DNA from: a virus
Lineage: Duplodnaviria; Caudoviricetes
DNA length: 35,347 nucleotides
Virus record (IMG/VR): IMGVR_UViG_3300024988_000234
Coordinates: 1-35,347 of that record
Reading direction: 5' to 3' (one strand)
This document shows positions 34,249 through 35,347 of this stretch, piece by piece (position 1 is the first letter of the stretch; the number at the start of each line of letters is the position of its first letter). The notes beneath the pieces were generated by a model, which saw only the letters and a list, made by a program, of their open reading frames with translations, was not told where the DNA came from and ran no database searches. The position numbers were made by a program, and so were the translations under genes.

Positions 34249-35347
34249 CGTCCTCGCTTTCGACCCCGACGCCTGGGCCCCTCCGTTCATCCCGCCGGAC
34301 GGGTTCAACTTCGTCCAGGCCCCGCGCGTGCGCATCTGCCGGACGGCCGCCGACGTCCTCGACGCGATCCTGTGCTGGATCAAGCCGGGGCAGACCACCG
34401 TCTACGTGACCGACGAGGACCTCTCCGTCGCTCTGTGGCGGCTCGGGAGGCCGAAGTCCCTCCGGTTCGTCCAGAAGGGCCTTAACGCGCTCCAGTGGAA
34501 GTTCGGCCTGATCGCCCGGTCGCGGGTGAGGAAGGGGCGTGATCTTGTTCGACAAATCACGCTCAATTTCACGCTCGCCGGGGGCCGGGATCGCAAGCCC
34601 AAGTCGAAATCGGCCAAGACGATCGGGCCGAAAAATTTTGGACCACCGGTCGCACCGACGGGCGCATCCCCTTCGCCCAATGGGGCGGTTTCTCTAGATG
34701 CATCTAGAGAACAAGAGAAAAGCAACAGGGCGGGAGCCGCCGACGCGGGGGATGGGACCCCCTCGTCGTCTCCCGCCGGTGCGGGAGGGGACGCCTGGGG
34801 CGGCGCGCCGAGCACCCCGAAGGAGGCCGCGGCGTTCCTCCGGGCGAAGATCGCGGAGTTCGCCGAGTCCAAGGCCGTCGAGCCCCCGCCGCCGCGCGAG
34901 CCCTCCCCGCGCGGGCCCAGGCGGGAGCGGCCGCGCGAGGTCGAGCGAGAGGAGCGGCCGGAGGAGCCCCCGGGCGACCCGGTCTCCCGCGCCGAGTGGG
35001 AGGCCCGCCGCCAGGCCCTGGCCGACGCGCCCCTCGACCAGCTCGCCGCCCTGGCCGCGCTGGGGAACCGGGAGGCGCGAGCGGAACTCAACCGCCGGCA
35101 TCACGCGGAAGTCGAAGCGGCGAAGCTGGCTGCGGCGACCCAAGTGGGCGTCGACCTGGGGAGCGGGCCGGACCGTTCCGTGGCGTGCGTCCTCGACGCC
35201 GAAGGCCCGATCGTCGTCCGCGACCTCGATCCCCCGCCGAAGGCCGAGGCCCCGCCGCGCGGGCGCGACTCCCCCGAAGTGATCCCGCCGCCGCCGGCCG
35301 ACAAGCCTCGGCGCGGCCTCCTCGGCCGGCTGTTCGGTCGGGGCTGA
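34241..35347 (+). CDS. Putative replication initiator (N-terminal wHTH), 368 aa
   Basis: TDEDLS..L....SLRFVQKGLNALQ..GLI.R wHTH; AT-richer internal region with a palindrome; end of the early operon. Confidence 0.6.
   Translation: MADVLAFDPDAWAPPFIPPDGFNFVQAPRVRICRTAADVLDAILCWIKPGQTTVYVTDEDLSVALWRLGRPKSLRFVQKGLNALQWKFGLIARSRVRKGRDLVRQITLNFTLAGGRDRKPKSKSAKTIGPKNFGPPVAPTGASPSPNGAVSLDASREQEKSNRAGAADAGDGTPSSSPAGAGGDAWGGAPSTPKEAAAFLRAKIAEFAESKAVEPPPPREPSPRGPRRERPREVEREERPEEPPGDPVSRAEWEARRQALADAPLDQLAALAALGNREARAELNRRHHAEVEAAKLAAATQVGVDLGSGPDRSVACVLDAEGPIVVRDLDPPPKAEAPPRGRDSPEVIPPPPADKPRRGLLGRLFGRG
34690..34711. repeat. Perfect 22-bp AT-rich palindrome, candidate origin element
   Basis: TTCTCTAGATG|CATCTAGAGAA inside the putative rep gene. 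Confidence 0.65.

Larger units (their letters stand above)
1..35347. mobile_element. Temperate siphovirus-like phage/prophage, near-complete genome
   Basis: Ordered TerS-TerL-portal-scaffold-capsid-adaptor-tail tube-tape measure module, recombinases, divergent promoter switch. No host housekeeping genes seen. att sites not visible in the window. Confidence 0.93.

Noticed and set aside
1-35347. tRNA, rRNA, CRISPR array, IS elements, att repeats
   Set aside because: None recognised by eye; the window begins and ends at gene boundaries, so att sites cannot be assessed.

Overview
This very GC-rich window (about 70%+ by eye) is occupied end to end by a temperate tailed phage or prophage, probably near-complete. 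The host is inferred to be a planctomycete (Isosphaeraceae-like), from GC content and recalled protein families; this is not proven. Layout: (i) 1-5406 (+): tyrosine recombinase, a sigma-70 factor, a protein with an RpoA alpha-CTD-like motif, and small Zn-ribbon/SH3-like genes. (ii) 27802 to 5379 (-): one long late operon with a second sigma-70 factor, an HTH/Zn protein, a membrane/C39-like peptidase cassette, TerS, TerL, portal, scaffold, major capsid, fibre genes, head-tail adaptor, neck genes, tail tube, tape measure and tail tip. (iii) 27900-32052: serine recombinase with a res-like site, XRE and RHH regulators, and accessory genes. (iv) 32100-35347 (+): back-to-back sigma70 promoters and an early operon ending in a probable replication initiator. 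The most striking feature is a duplicated virion-morphogenesis (neck) gene whose extra copy carries a C-terminal HExxH metallopeptidase and is coupled to a small Cys-rich gene, a candidate MuF-independent virion-borne toxin/immunity pair. Also notable: a two-sigma plus alpha-CTD-like transcription toolkit, a lysis-position cassette with no recognisable endolysin, and an RHH protein rather than a CI-type repressor at the divergent switch. All family assignments are by visual motif recognition; no searches were run.
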